A stretch of 63,994 nt of DNA, filler included. It is 12 parts of 12 records of this genome, joined end to end, with 100 filler letters (N's around TTAATTAATTAA, not from the genome) between each part and the next. Parts side by side here need not be neighbours in the genome. Positions count along the whole stretch, not along the records: positions 6,260 to 13,072 come from SRR7504441_17707; positions 13,173 to 22,253 come from SRR7504441_17723; positions 22,354 to 29,723 come from SRR7504441_17727; 9 more parts are not named here. One strand, 5' to 3'. A program made the position numbers and the translations under genes. The notes under the pieces are model-generated. The model searched no databases, was not told the DNA's origin, and worked only from the letters and a program-made list of their open reading frames with translations. Of this stretch, positions 11,444 to 24,793 are shown in pieces (position 1 is the stretch's first letter; each line of letters begins with the position of its first letter).

Positions 11444-12720
11444 TTCGCCTCCAATAGGTGAGCTTTGCCCTTAGAGTCAATCATGACATCTAGGCCGACT
11501 AAATGAAAGAACTGGTCCTGCAGTCGCTGTTGGTCTGCACCCAGCAGCACCTGAGCCTCATCTCGTAGCACTGGGGCCATTGCCTGCAGTGGCTCGCCCA
11601 CAAGCCAAGCCACCGCACACCTCCACAGTCCCGCTCACAATGCGCTTTAATTCTTGCTCAAATCCAATTTGATCGACCAGGCCGGCGGCAACCAGTTCAT
11701 CCAGCACTCCGGATAGCAGCCGCTTACTGCCTGAGTTGAGGCAGTCACCGTCAGCCTCTCCGTGGTCAAACTTGTCCGATCTCTTGTTGAGGCTATAGTT
11801 GGTCAGGTGCGCAGTGACGTTGTGGAAATTCTGCGGGGCCGGCGGTGCATACGGCTCTGTGCAGAAGCGTGCCAGGCCCTCACGAAACAGGTAGACCGCC
11901 GACGGCGGACCACCTGGCCTCTCTCCCTCGCAAGCCACAGCTGTAACTCACCTTTGATCAGCACATAGACTCGAAAGTCAAACTTCAGTCCGTTGAGCAG
12001 CATGGGCCGGCCCAGGTAACGCTGCACAATCAAAGGCGAGGACCGCTGGGCCAGTCTCAGCTTAGATTGGAGCGCATCCCAGCTCTGGACCAGGCAAATC
12101 CCGTCGCCTTGTGAGCCGCCGTCCGGCTTGACTATGAACGTCTGACCTTTGCGCATCGCCGCCTGCAGCTGCGGGCAGCCCGACGGGCCAACAATCCATG
12201 TTTCGGGGTCTGGCGCCGGGAGTCAGCGCGGCCCGGGGCCAGCGGATTACAGAAATTGTATCGGAGTGGATCAACGCGAGCCGCCCGGTCCATCAGGGCC
12301 GAGAAGAGCACCTGTAACGTCATCAGGCCGGCGCACTGCGGCCGGACTGCCTTGCCGCAGCTGTGCGGTAAGCCAGGCACCCTGTTCACTTTGTGCTTGC
12401 GCCCGAGGGCCAGCTGGCCCGGCACACCCACCTGCGCCCGATGGCTGGGCCCGCGACCAGCTGGCGGCACGCACCACTGCCTCAAAGTCCTTATCGCTCA
12501 CCAGCCAGCTCACATCCGCCGGCTTCTTGAGCTTGACTTCCCGCCAGCCGGCCGCGGCGCAGCACCGGCCCAGCACATCGGCGGCGGTACGGGCGTAGCC
12601 AGTGCAGAGCGAGCGCGGCTTGCTACGGCTGAGCCGACCGGTGAGAGAGCCCGGCCAGCCGGCACCGCTTGGCTCGAGCGGCAGGAGCTGGGCACTTCTC
12701 AGCGGGCGCCCCCGGCTCAT
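11266..12720 (-). CDS. TTLL11: Tubulin-tyrosine-ligase-like polyglutamylase (TTLL11-like); multi-exon
   Basis: Motifs FIVKPDGGSQGDGI, VQRYLGRPMLLNGLKFDFRVYVL, EGLARFCTEPY, HLTNYSLNK, GSKR and GLDVMID...LLEANQHPSL. The subfamily call rests on remembered motif similarity. Confidence 0.85.
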
Positions 12721-13072
12721 CCTGATGGGAATCCATGAGCTTGATGAGGGGCTCCGATTTGCTTCCTGGCGGGAAGAAGAAGGCCTTCCATAATTGGAAC
12801 CACGCTTGAATTGACGAGAGGCAAGCGCGGCCGTGTGAGTGGGGGGGGGACATAGGCGGGACACGGCGAGTGCCGAGGATGCACCTAGCATGGCCTAGTT
12901 CACGTCATGAGGGGCAGCTAATGCCCGCGACGTTTAATAAATGAAAACTCTCTCTGCTTGTCATGCTGCTACATGCTGCTTGTGGCGAAGACAGTTTATG
13001 CAGTAGAGCGTTCTAGAGGCACTCTCTACTCAAATGAAAACGAAGTCCTTCTTGAAGCGCTCGAGTGCCGCA

Positions 13073-13172
13073 NNNNNNNNNNNNNNNNNNNNNNNNNNNN
13101 NNNNNNNNNNNNNNNNTTAATTAATTAANNNNNNNNNNNNNNNNNNNNNNNNNNNNNNNNNNNNNNNNNNNN
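13073..13172. other. Artificial contig linker
   Basis: N44-TTAATTAATTAA-N44. Confidence 0.99.
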
Positions 13173-13401
13173 ATGGTCCGGAGTGTCGGAGTGTCCCGGG
13201 GCTCAACGCCTACTGTAACGGCACACGGATGTATGACCCGGCACACGGATCTTCAGCCGCGCCACACTATAGGCGGCGGAACTCCTACCAGGTAGATCTA
13301 GTCTACGTACGAGACAGCGAAGGAGTGTTTCCTTCAGAAATCAAAAGCGGGGGGACACCTGCGCGCTGCTGAGCCGTACCTAGTACACTACAGCGCTGAT
13401 A

Positions 13402-15232
13402 ATGAGCTCGGAGGCGCTTGACGTGCGGGTGGGGGACCCGACTGACAGCGAGCTGCCCGAAGAGGAAGTGGAGCTCGACTCGCGCCGCGGCTACCACCAC
13501 GGGTGGCCCGGTCTGGCAGCGTGGCGGTTACTGCGGGTGTGCGCAGTAAGAACGTGCTGCTGCTGCCGCTCACAAGCGACAACGTCTTTGCCATCGGCGT
13601 GATCCTGCTGCTGGCGCTGATCGGTGCCTCCCGCTGAGGCGTGGATGAGCTAAGCGGTCGGTGGCCAGGCACGTTCTACCTGTACAAGCTGATGACCCGC
13701 AAGACGTGCACCTGCGACCTTTGCCGGGGTCGCGTGGTGGTCGGAGATCTGATTGAGACCGGCTCATTCGGGAGGTGCGGCCCTGGGCTGGCCGCGGGCT
13801 CACCGTGCTCCCCCCGGCAGCGTGTACACCGTGACCAACACGGTCAGCAACCACGGTACCCCCTGCGCGAACCGGTCGCGTTGAGCTCTCCGGCGGGTGC
13901 AGACTACGCACTGAAGAAGATCTACGTGGACACTATGAACGATGCGCAGGACGCGCACAATGAGGCGAGCTCCTCCGTGTGGCCGCGCGCTCATCTGTGG
14001 CACAGGCCCGCAAGCTGCAGGCACTTAGACACCCAAACATTGTGAGATATCATAGCGACTTCCTCCATACAGAGTACGGTGCGATCGGCCCTGAAATCGC
14101 AGTGCCGTTCAGAGTTTGAGGCTGTTCCAGGGATCGAGCAACGGCTGTACGTGTGCATCATGATGGAGTGGTGCCTGGCCGGCGACCTGCACTCGAGGAT
14201 CATTGAAGCATCGGATGGGGGCAAACCGTTCAGCCAGCAGGTGGGCTTCAGGGGGTCAGTCTTGACTGTATCGGGCAGGTCCTGCTCAAATGGTTTCGCC
14301 AGATCTGCTCAGCTGTCAAGTACCTGCATTCTAGAAACATCCTGCATAGGTGGCTCGCATTTGTCTGGCAAGGGATGATAAAGAATACAGGGATCTCAAG
14401 TCTGCCAATGTTTTTCTGACAGGCAGGGGTGTGATCCGACTAGGTCTCCAGCCCTTGCCGTCCAAGCATCACTGGGTGGGGCACACAGGCGATCTGGGAC
14501 TAGCCAGAAAAACCCGGCGCACCGCTAAACTCACCAAGTGCGGTAGCAACTGCCAGCCTTCGTGATTTCAGGCTCGAATCTGCCAGGCACGGACTGTTAT
14601 ATGGCCCCCGAGATGATTTCCGGAAAGCCATATGGCAAGAAAGCAGATATTTGGTCTCTGGGCTGCATCTTATTTGAGATGCTCACTGGAGTTTTCATGT
14701 CGGTATGTGCCTGCATTCTATGGCAGCGAATGCTTAGAGGGTCCTCACAGGAACTACCCACAAATCTTGGTGCTCGTGCGATTCAAAACAAGGACTTTAT
14801 TGCGCAACTAGTGCAAAGAATCCCACAGGCAAGCAGCTCATGGGCATCAGCATGAATGCCGCTTGGCAGGACTTGCATCCTGGCTTCACCAAGCTGTTAC
14901 GGGATATGCTACGCAGGAGCCCCAACAAGCGATCCACTATTGATGGGGTGCTATTTGAAGTCGATAAGGTCGAAGTGGAACTCCATCCTGTGGGCAGACC
15001 CCGCTCTAATAGCGACACGCTACACACAAGAGGGCCGGAGAAGCTATTGAAATTGCCCACACCAAAGCAAGTAGCAAATGGTAGTGAAGCTGAATCTCCC
15101 AAACGTCTGCCTGTGAACACCAATGCAAGGAGGAATAATCCAGTCGGTAATCAGCGTACAAAAAATAGTACAAAAAAGAAGAAAAGGTTAAATTTCCATG
15201 GACGAAACGGAGGCCCACCGAACTCAACGTGA
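13402..15232 (+). CDS. NEK/NIMA-like Ser/Thr kinase with an N-terminal transmembrane segment; more than 10 short introns
   Basis: Spliced motifs [61 protein letters not shown] and [14 protein letters not shown]. The hydrophobic stretch [19 protein letters not shown] precedes the kinase domain. Confidence 0.9.
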
Positions 15233-15542
15233 CGCGTGAAATAAATTGAAATCATGCCGAATTATACATGTACATAACGATTATTACGATGCATCTTGAA
15301 ATCAAGGCATCAGATTTATTCTCTTGTATTGTACGAGTATTGTACGAGTAGCTGGTAGCTCAAGTTATTAGTTCATCGAATGCCTTGCATGTAATTGTTC
15401 AATCAATACGCAATCATCATTGTAGTAATAACATTACACATTGATGTACGCAGTACACATTGATGTGTCATACTTGATAGTACATGTTTTATTTATACAT
15501 CTGATCTACATCTGATCAAATGTTCTGTCTATTTCGAGCGAA

Positions 15543-18500
15543 TCACCCGCCTTGAGAAGCTCGGAATTGACCTTCACAAAGGCCCGGTGCATCGACCAAA
15601 GTTACTTTCCAACCCGGTCTGTCCATGGACTCTTCGAAAGCTCGTTTTAATGCACTCTCTGTCCCCCCAGACTTGAAGGCTACTGTACACACACCATTAC
15701 TTTGGGCAGGCATATCAGATGAGAAGGCTTTGGGTCCAACATGCCATTTGATTCCTTTTCCAGTGCTCTGAACCTCCACAAGCGGCAGTTGTGGCGGTGG
15801 TGTGCTCAGTTCAGCCAGCAATTTTCCGGCAGATTCCAGCTCGAGTTTGAGCATGTCGACTCTTGTCTTGGTGCTTTTGATTCGCTGATTCGCGTTTGTC
15901 GCACCTTCTTGATCCTTAGCCCGCTGAGCACGCTCAAGAGCAATCTCCGCCTCTTTCAATTGTGCTGTTGAGACCTCCAAGTGTGCCTTTTTACTGTTGA
16001 AGTCGGTTTGCACTTTTGCTAATACTTCTGCAGCTGCATCTGTATCTGTACCCTCGCTGTTCTCATTGGCAGCTTGCTCTTCTGCTTTGGCGGCAATAGG
16101 AGGCAACGGCTCTGCAGGGTCGACAGCGACATCATCCGACTTTCCCTTGTCGGTTGCCTTGACAGTTTCTGCATCGCCAGGAAATATTGTCTTTGCAAGC
16201 CTGCGTTCTTGCTCCAGTTTCGCCTTTGCGGCCTTCTGAGCTTCATTCACAATCATCTCTGCATGAGACGCAGCACGTTCCTCTGCTGTGGGCCCACTAT
16301 CTGTTCCTTTGCCTCTGCTCAGGCTGAGAATGTTGAATGACCCATCGGTGCTACCCCAGTATTCATTTATTCCCAGTGATGGTGCCGTGACATCTGGCTT
16401 CTGGAGACATGCTTGATACCATTCTTGCCGAACCTGGCGGTACACTGCCTCTGCAGCTTGTGGTGGGGCCAAAGCATTCCGCTCCAATGCCGCTCGACTT
16501 TTTGCGATGGTGCTGCTGGTCTGTATCCACTTCATAAAACCAATCCAACACATAGCTTCTGGATCAGGGATGGCCTCAGCATCTCTCAGCCGCTGCGTGA
16601 ACGTGACAGCTGTTGCATTGTGCTCTGGAATCTGGCCTTGAACAAAGTTGCTCTTGAGGTGTCTAACAGACAGAGGCTCGAGCCCAACCATCTGCATACT
16701 GCCGTGGTTACAGCGGCACACCAGCCAGTCTGCGAGCGTGTGGTTGACTACGTTGTTGGATAATAGATAGCGCGCGCGAAAGACTTGGCCCCGCGTACAC
16801 GCTAGACTTAGTCTACCCTCATGGCATTCGGCTTCAGCATATGGCTCACAAGTTGATGAACAACTGCTCGTAATATTTGGATGGAGGTATCCGTTCTCGA
16901 AACCGTTCACCTGCCCATCCACAGAATACAATGCCCCGTCTGCCCGCATATCCCAGGCTGCAATGCTTCCAGGTCCCTCTGGTGTGCCATCTGGTTGCCA
17001 AGCGGCAACCACGCGCTGGAATACAGCTCGCTTCATCCGATGAGATTCAGTCAACTTGGGCATGAGTTGCTCCTTGTTACTCCATCCCCATCCTTCCATT
17101 ACTCGGTGCCGCAATGCAAATAGTGACTTGTTCTGATAGGAGGTCTCCTGCAATTCCACCATGCCTTGACTTGCCTTCACCTCTGCCTCTCCTATATGGA
17201 AAGCTGTGATGGCATTAAGACGTTCAGTATTACGAGCAACAAGGGCTTGTTTGCATTTCTTTCGATATTCAAATTGCGTTTCTGTCCGGAGCTCATTTGA
17301 TCTCATTAAAGAGTCTTGTTCTGAAAACATGAATGCCCGCGCTTTCCACTCCAGCTTTTGTGCGATTGTATAGGATATTACTGGTACCTTTGCACGCTGG
17401 TCTGCAACAGTTGCCTTCCTGAGGCGCATTTTGTGTTCCTCAACCATGCTCACCGCCCATTTCTTTTGCATGTCGCGATATTTGATCATCAGCTCCAAGT
17501 AGGGTGCTGGTTTTGCTTCAAATGGAGTTGACGGCGTGTTGCAGCCTGCTTCCACCATTGCAAGAACCCTTTCTTGCACCAGTGTCAGCTGTTCCGCCTG
17601 AGCTTGCATTGTCGCAAGCGAATCTGCTAAGGCTGCCTGTTTCTCAGGGAGAGCGTTCACAGCACTGATGTGTGCTCTTACAACTCTTTTGAACTTCTTT
17701 TGCTGCTCGCCTGCATAGGGCTTGAAGAGCTTTAATCGCTCCTCCCATTCGATCCTTGTTGCTTCTGCTCTGGCCAGATGCCTGGATTTGCTCTTGGCGT
17801 ATTCTACAGCATTCGACAGCATTTCCGTCACATTGCGGGTATCAGCCTGCTTGGCCAGCATGTCTTGATATTTCATTTTGTGCTCCTTGACTGCTCGATT
17901 ATACATTTCATCTGCAGTTTCAGCATGCCTGGTTGCATTTCTCTGATATTCGTCACAAGCAAGCGCAGTAGCTTTTGAGCGTTCAGTTGCATTAATCGCA
18001 AACATAACCATGGGCTTCAGACGGTTCAAGTACCATTGTAATCGAGCACCCTTGCTCTGCGTCTTATTAGCAGCAGCAATAGCTATCTGAAGGTTCCGTT
18101 GAGCTCCAGCTGCTTGTTGAGTTGAATAATACAGAGTGTTGTTCGCATTCTCTAGAGCCTTCTCGGCATCGACTTCCTTGTTTGCACTATCTTGCTTGTT
18201 TTCCTCATCTGCCTTTTTCTGGGCATCCCCCTTCAGCACACCGTCTGCCTGCATTACATCAGCTTCCTGAGCAATTTCCTTTTCCTCCTGCGTTTGCTTT
18301 TTGGCGTCAACCAGATTCTGCTCTGCATCCTCAAGTTCAACTCGCTCCTTGGCCAAAGCTTTGACTTGCTTCTCGAGATCCTCCTGTTCGAGCCTGATCT
18401 CTTCTTCTGACTCTTGTCTGGCCACATCAATGACACTTTGCAAATGCTCGCCTGATTGGTGCAATCGGGTCACCTTAGTCTCAAGATAATAGGTCTTTTT

Positions 18501-20664
18501 CCATATAGCCCGCCGCAATGCCTCTGACTTGATCACTGCTGCTTTTGCGAGCAGCTTAGCAGCTTCAGCCGAAAGCATGTCACGACGCACTTGAGCCTCA
18601 GCAGCTTCTGCCAACTTCTGGATTTGACGACGCTGCTTGAGCTCAGCACCCCACAGCAGTGACACATTCTCGGCCTGAAGGTACTCCACATGCGATTGGT
18701 ACTTGTCTACTTCGGTCTCATGATACCACTTCTCGGCATGTTCGAGCAATTTCAAAGCTTGGAGGTGAACGAGCGAAGTCCCCTTCAGTGTGTGGTTCAG
18801 CTGGCTGGCGGCGAGCTCAGCGTTCTCAAGTTCCAGCCGACTTGTCATGTATTTCTGTGTCGCTTTGAAGACAGTCTCCTGCTGTGCATCCTCCTCGTTG
18901 ATGCCTTTCTCCGCTTCTTCCTGTTTGGCCTTGAATTCTTCGGTCTTTTGTTTCATGCCCTCCTCAATAGCCTCCTTCTGAGCAGCCGCTTCATTCATTG
19001 CTGTTTGCTCGGCAGCAGCTTTCTCTGCAGCCAGCTTACCACCTGCAAGAGCTTCTTTCGCAACATTCACTGCACTTGCCGGGTCATCCTGGGCTGCAGC
19101 AACAGCTTCAGCAGACCGCTTTGCGTCTGCAGCAGCGGCCTCTCCCTTCCTGGCAGCGATCTCCAATTGCTGCTTTTGCGTTTCCTTGTAGTCTTCTTCC
19201 CTCTTCACAGCCTTCATCTCTTCAAATTTGCGAGCATCAGCAGCTGCAACCTCCTCGCTCGATGTATCATCAGCGGATTCACTAGCCTCTTTTGCCACTA
19301 TCTCAGCTTGTTCCAGTTCTGATGCTTGCCGCTCCTTTTGGGACCGGGTCGTTTGGTGCTTCATCTTGGCCACCTTGAGCTTATCGGTCACGATCATGTA
19401 CCTGTGCTTGGCCTGACTCTTCTCCATGTGAGCTGTCCATGTTGCACTTCTCAGGAAGATCGATGATCCGTCATAGCTTTCCTGCGCGTTCTGCAAGTCG
19501 ACCAGTGACTGCTTGTACTTGCGCACGGTCACTTGCTGCGCCTCCTTCAGCTTGCCAATTTGCTGCTCACTCTCCTTGAGCGACTCCTGGGCTGACTTAA
19601 AGTCACGCTTCTGCGCCTTGGCCTCCTGCCGTCTCTTCTCTACGAATTCAGACTCCATCGGGCAGTTTTTCTTTGTGAGCATTGTGGCCTCGTAGTGCAG
19701 CGAGTGCGCGTGCTCGACTTTGGACCAGGCCAGTGGCACCCACTGATCGGTCTTCGCAGCGGTTTCGATCCCTTGACTAGTCTTTTGCAACACGATTTCC
19801 ATCTGCTCCTGGGCCTGCTGGATGAGCGACGCCTGAATCGTGAAGCTCTGGTCGCTGCTCCCGGTGCCGCCCTCGGACACAGCAATCGCACGCAGTCTGA
19901 TCTCTTGACGGTGCATCCCAGCCATTTTGATTCCAAGCTTCGGGTCATACCGCAGCGATCTCTTAGTCGGGGCAGACCCGTCTGTCGTGTAGTAGATGTC
20001 CCGCGCTGCGGCCACCGAGACTGCTCTTAGCTTTGCTTTGGCAGTGCCGAGCGCGTCTATGCTGTTCTGCACCTGTTTCTCGGCCGCGACCACGGCCTGT
20101 TGTTCGAGCTTTAGTTTGTCCCCGTCTGCTTTCGCGTTCTCGCCCGTCCGATCGGCCTTGAGCATCCACTTTAGCTGCTGGACTCTCCGCTCGCTGTCGA
20201 GCAGCTTGCGCTTGGCCGCCTCGCGCTCGGCCGACTTGTTGTGCACCGCCTGCTGGGCCGCCTCCACGTCGTCCGCCTGCACAACGGGCTCAACCGGACC
20301 GGCCCGGCCGCCAGGCGCTCACCGTGGGCACCATGTACACCCGCGCCCCCTGCTGGATCTTGCCCCCATCCGGCCGGAAGCTCAACGCATCCTCAGGCCG
20401 AGCCCCGGCGCCGTCGCCGAGCACGCGAGCCGGTCGCGCACGGCGGAAGATGGACTCGGCCACCTGGGCGTACGCGTCGAAGCTTGGCTGCGGCCCGAGC
20501 GCGTCAAGTTGGGCGAACCCCTCCTGGGTCCTGCTATCGACCGGCTCCTTGAGCACCCCGACCAGCGGCGCGGCGTCCGCCGCACCGAGCTCGGTCAGCA
20601 CCTCGCCGGAGCTGGCGAGCGCCGCCATCAGCCCGGCCCCCAGCCAGACCAACCCCCATCTCAT
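15543..20664 (-). CDS. Very large secreted coiled-coil protein (about 1690 aa) with a CHB_HEX_C/Fn3-associated-like domain
   Basis: Signal peptide MRWGLVWLGAGLMAALASS. One GT-AG intron (20277-20322) joins it to the 1579-aa ORF. It has the motif IYYTTDGSAPT...IRLRAIAV, long heptad regions and a Cys-rich segment near the C-terminus. Confidence 0.85.
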
Positions 20665-20719
20665 CCTTCGCGTTTTGCTGGTGGAAAAAGTCCTCAACGG
20701 GTCGAGCTGCACGTGCAAG

Positions 20720-22038
20720 ATGCTTTGGCAAGGCCTGGCGCTCGGATTGTGTTTGGCGCTCGCGGCCGGAGAAAATGAGGACACCTGGCTAAAGGAGGAC
20801 ACCCGGCCCTTCCCAATCTCTTACGTGCACGTCCAGATGTACAAGCGCTCATGGTGCGCCCCCGCGTGACCCGGCCCGAGCGCGGGGGGCAGCACCCCTG
20901 GGAACGAGGTGGATTACCTCACGCTCATCCCCAAGAGCCACTGGTCGAGTTGTACAACCTACGCCAGGTACCCGCGGACCGGCGCGGCATGACCCGGCCG
21001 GGGTGCAGCTTTGGTACCGACACCTGCACCAGCGACCACCCGGAAAAGACACTGAGCCAATGGTAACGCTGGTCGCGCGCGTCCCGACGTGGGGGGTCAG
21101 CCGGAACACGTTGAGCTCGGTGAACACGGTGGTCGACGGCACATCTGGGATCTGGGGAGAGACGCTGCGCTGGTATTCTGACCTCGAGTGCAAAACCCTG
21201 GTGGTGGAGCAGCCGGCCGGCAACTGCGTGTCCCTGGTCCGCCCGCGGCTGCTGCGACAGACCTGAGTGGTCGATCTGTCTTACAGGGACATGACCTGTA
21301 CGCCAAGACAGTAAACCTCGACAACGATTTGCCAGGGCAGGTGGCTGGCCACAACGACCCAAAAGGGGCAATCGCGACACTCACATCGCACCAAGTGTAT
21401 ATCAAGTACCAAGCCAACCCGAACCCGTACGATGGCGCAAGCACCTGCACGATCAGGAATGTGCGCTGCCTGCTCGGAGCGGGCGCCTGACCGGGGCGCA
21501 GCACTACTACGAAGCGTACCGGTATGGCACCTGCGCTCGAGTGATGTATTCTGATGCAGTCATTTACAACATGGACGATAATGTCGACCAGACGTCAGTG
21601 AATATTATGATGCGGTCTTACAAGACACGAGACTGCTCCGAGAGCGCCACCGACAGAGTGATTCACAATACCCGATGGAGGCGCGACGCCTCGAGACTGC
21701 TCGACAACTTCAATACAAATTGCAACACCGCAAGGGAACATTGTTTGCAGGGCAAGACTGCACAGCAAAATGTTGTTGAGGCTGCTCTGCTACAGAACCT
21801 ATGCGTGCAGGGTCGCTGTCGGCCAGGGAACGTGGGTGATATCTGCAATGAGGACAATGACTGCAAGACGAACATTTGCGGCGTCAGTGGTGATAATTAC
21901 AACTGCGAAAATCGGTGCGTGGCCCTGGACGCGGTCAGCGGTGAGACCGCGGCGCGCAACTGTCCGCACATGCTTGTACACGACATGCACTGTATTGATC
22001 GTGAAATGGGCTGGCCGGGGCTAGCCAAGCAAAAGTAG
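20720..22038 (+). CDS. Secreted protein with Cys-rich C-terminus; multi-exon
   Basis: Signal peptide MLWQGLALGLCLALAAG. The last exon contains CVQGRCRPGNVGDICNEDNDCKTNIC, and the stop is TAG at 22036-22038. Confidence 0.75.
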
Positions 22039-22253
22039 CTATAGCTATTATACGTACAAGTTTATATATATATCAAGGGCTTCTCGAAATAGATGCCTTG
22101 CTCCAATAAAAATCAGGTTGTTGCGGTGTTATGTTGCAGCAAAATGCGTACTCCACTCGTCCACTACTAGTAACTTATGCACATTCATTTGGCACAGACA
22201 CTGGCGTAGACCGTAAACTTGTGCCCGAGGTCGGCACGTGCACCCGCTTCGCC

Positions 22254-22353
22254 NNNNNNNNNNNNNNNNNNNNNNNNNNNNNNNNNNNNNNNNNNNNTTA
22301 ATTAATTAANNNNNNNNNNNNNNNNNNNNNNNNNNNNNNNNNNNNNNNNNNNN
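22254..22353. other. Artificial contig linker
   Basis: N44-TTAATTAATTAA-N44. Confidence 0.99.
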
Positions 22354-23042
22354 CCAAGGAAGAGACACCGAAGGCGTCTGCCAAGGTTGATAAAGCTACT
22401 GAAAAGGAGGCTAATAAGTTGGAGGACACGGCCAAGGAATTGGAGAAAATGCCGTCAGGTTCTGAGAAGCAAGCAAAGATGAAGGAGTTTAAGAAAGAAG
22501 CAGCCAAGGCAATTGCTCAACTGCCCGCCGGTGAGGTGAAGGATGAGGCCAACAAGGAGTTAAAAAAGGAAGTCAAGAAGATCAAGAAGATTGAGAAAAA
22601 GACGGACGATACCGAGAAGGCCAAGGAGGTTAAGGAAGAGGCTGAGGAAAAGGCGGAGGCTAAAGCAAGCAAGGAGATGGACCAATTGAAGAAGGAAGCT
22701 GAAGGTCTGCGCGCAGACAAGAAGCAACTCGTGGAGCAGGTCAAGACTCTGAGAGCAAAAGTAGCAGCGCTCAGTGCCAAGGACGCCAGTAAGCCATTGC
22801 CCGATCTGGGATCGATGGACGTCAAACAACTGGAAGAGCTCAACAAGAAGCTGCGGAAACAGCTGGGTATGGACACTGCTGAAATGGCAGTGTTGAGTCC
22901 GGCAGAGCTAGCAAAAAAGAGTGAGGCAGAGCTCCACCAGCTAAACGAACAACTCAAGGGGAAGGTGTCGACGAAGGGTGCTGACGCCTCCAAGGGTGCT
23001 GCGAAGAGTAATGGGACGGGGGGAAAGGCTGCCTTGCGGTAG
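22354..23042 (+). CDS. C-terminal fragment of a Lys/Glu-rich coiled-coil protein
   Basis: Open from the contig start to TAG 23040-23042, with K/E/A-rich heptads. Confidence 0.75.
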
Positions 23043-23370
23043 TGACCGCCGGCGTACTCGTACAATAAGTCGTCCGCTTGAAATCTAAATCTGCCGCGCA
23101 GTAGAATGGCGTAGAATAACAAAAACACCGGCTGAGAAAGGTGACAAAGAACCATATCTAGAATCTTGTCTTTGGTTTTACAGTTTGTACGTGTAGCGCG
23201 TGGTCGATGCATAGTAGGCGATGCCGTGATTGTTGTCGCTTGATCGATACTTGTGTCACAACGGCAAACGGAAGGAAATATGGCGGGACTCGAAGGGTGG
23301 ATCCCGGGCTAATGCACGGGTAAGTAGGGGCGCAGGTTGCTCGCATGGTGCAACGACCAGATCCCGGTGC

Positions 23371-24365
23371 ATGAGCGTCCGGGCTGGCTCGACGGGCCGG
23401 GCAGGGCTGCGCGGTCTACGATTTCACCTCCAGCTGGGCCGACGGTCAGGCGCTCACCGAGCTCGCGGCCAGCCTCACCGGCCAGCGGTGCTCCTCCCTC
23501 CCTCCTGCGCTAGCCCAGACAGACCCTCCCCCGGTCGGGATCCCGCCAGCCGCATCGCCGCAGCCATCGGGCTGCTCCAACGGCACCTCGGTAGCCCCGG
23601 CGGTGACACTCTCTCTCAGCCAACCGACAGACATCCCGCCATATCTGGACCCAGCCAGGCTGCCGTTCGGGCGGAAGCAGATGGTCCGCTCGGCCCACCC
23701 GGCCGCCGATCGTCTATCTGCAGGTGACCTACCTCTGCCTCCTCCGGAACGCCGCAAGCGCCCGGGGAGCGGCCCGCTCGGCCAGCGTGGTCCCAGGCAC
23801 CTTCAGGCAGAGCTCGGCCCCAGGGTGGGTGGCGGGGCCCGGGATATATAGGTCAGCTAGGCTGCAGGTTGGCCAGGATGACCAACAGGGCGCCGGCGCG
23901 GATGCTTTCAGCGGACATGCCCGGTGAGGAGCTGCGATAGAGCAGGCTGTGAGGCTCAGGCCAGCGGACGACATCATCAGGCTAGGATACATGCAGCTCA
24001 AGAAGTGGCTAGTGGCCCAGGGGTGCCCCGGCCCCCGGCGGTCGGCTCAGCACGCAGCAGGTGTGATGTGCACTACGTGTCACGCTGCACTACTCACGAG
24101 CAGTTACTGGAGATCGCTCAATACCATGGCTTCCTGACGCTCCCGCGCCGGCCGGACGAGCCCCAGATCTACCGCGAGGAGCTCAACAGGCTCCCGGACT
24201 ACAAAGACAAGAAGACAGCTCTCCACGTGCGGCGGGCCTGGCCGATTGGCCAGCCGTGCTCAGGTGATGAGGAACCACCCGTCAAATAAGCTCCAAGTCC
24301 CGGCCGCCATCCCGCCCCGGCACCGCGAGTCGCTCTCGCCGCTCGGGTACAAGCCGCAGCCGTGA
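23371..24365 (+). CDS. Hypothetical protein, multi-exon
   Basis: Exons such as LRPADDIIRLGYMQLKKWLVAQGCP, CTTHEQLLEIAQYHGFL and VMRNHPSNKLQ...YKPQP* are separated by typical short introns. The start is uncertain. Confidence 0.5.
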
Positions 24366-24793
24366 GTCGCTCTCGCGGGCTGCTGGGTGATCGGAGGCAG
24401 GTCCGGCTACTCTCCAGGCAGGCCGGGCGCTAACTATGAGTATGACGGGCGCAAGACCCCCCGCAATGTCTGAGCGGCCACCGTTTACGACTGCATTACT
24501 CAATAGTTTGATCAGTTTGATGAGCTGAGTGACCGCGAGTGGGTCGTGAGTGACGGATGGAGTGACGAGCATTAGCCGGCCCGTACTAGCACGATTATCA
24601 GGAGCTAAGCAACACGATAAGCGCATTATTAACGCGAGGGACCTTGAGCGGATTCGGAGTCCAATTCTAGATAAACTCATAGTAACTACATAGGACCGAG
24701 CGCATCAAGGGCTCCGGAGTAAGCACATCGTGAGGCATTTTATATAAATCACTTAATCAGCTGGATCCAATGTGCCTGGCTGTCCGGGGCCGG

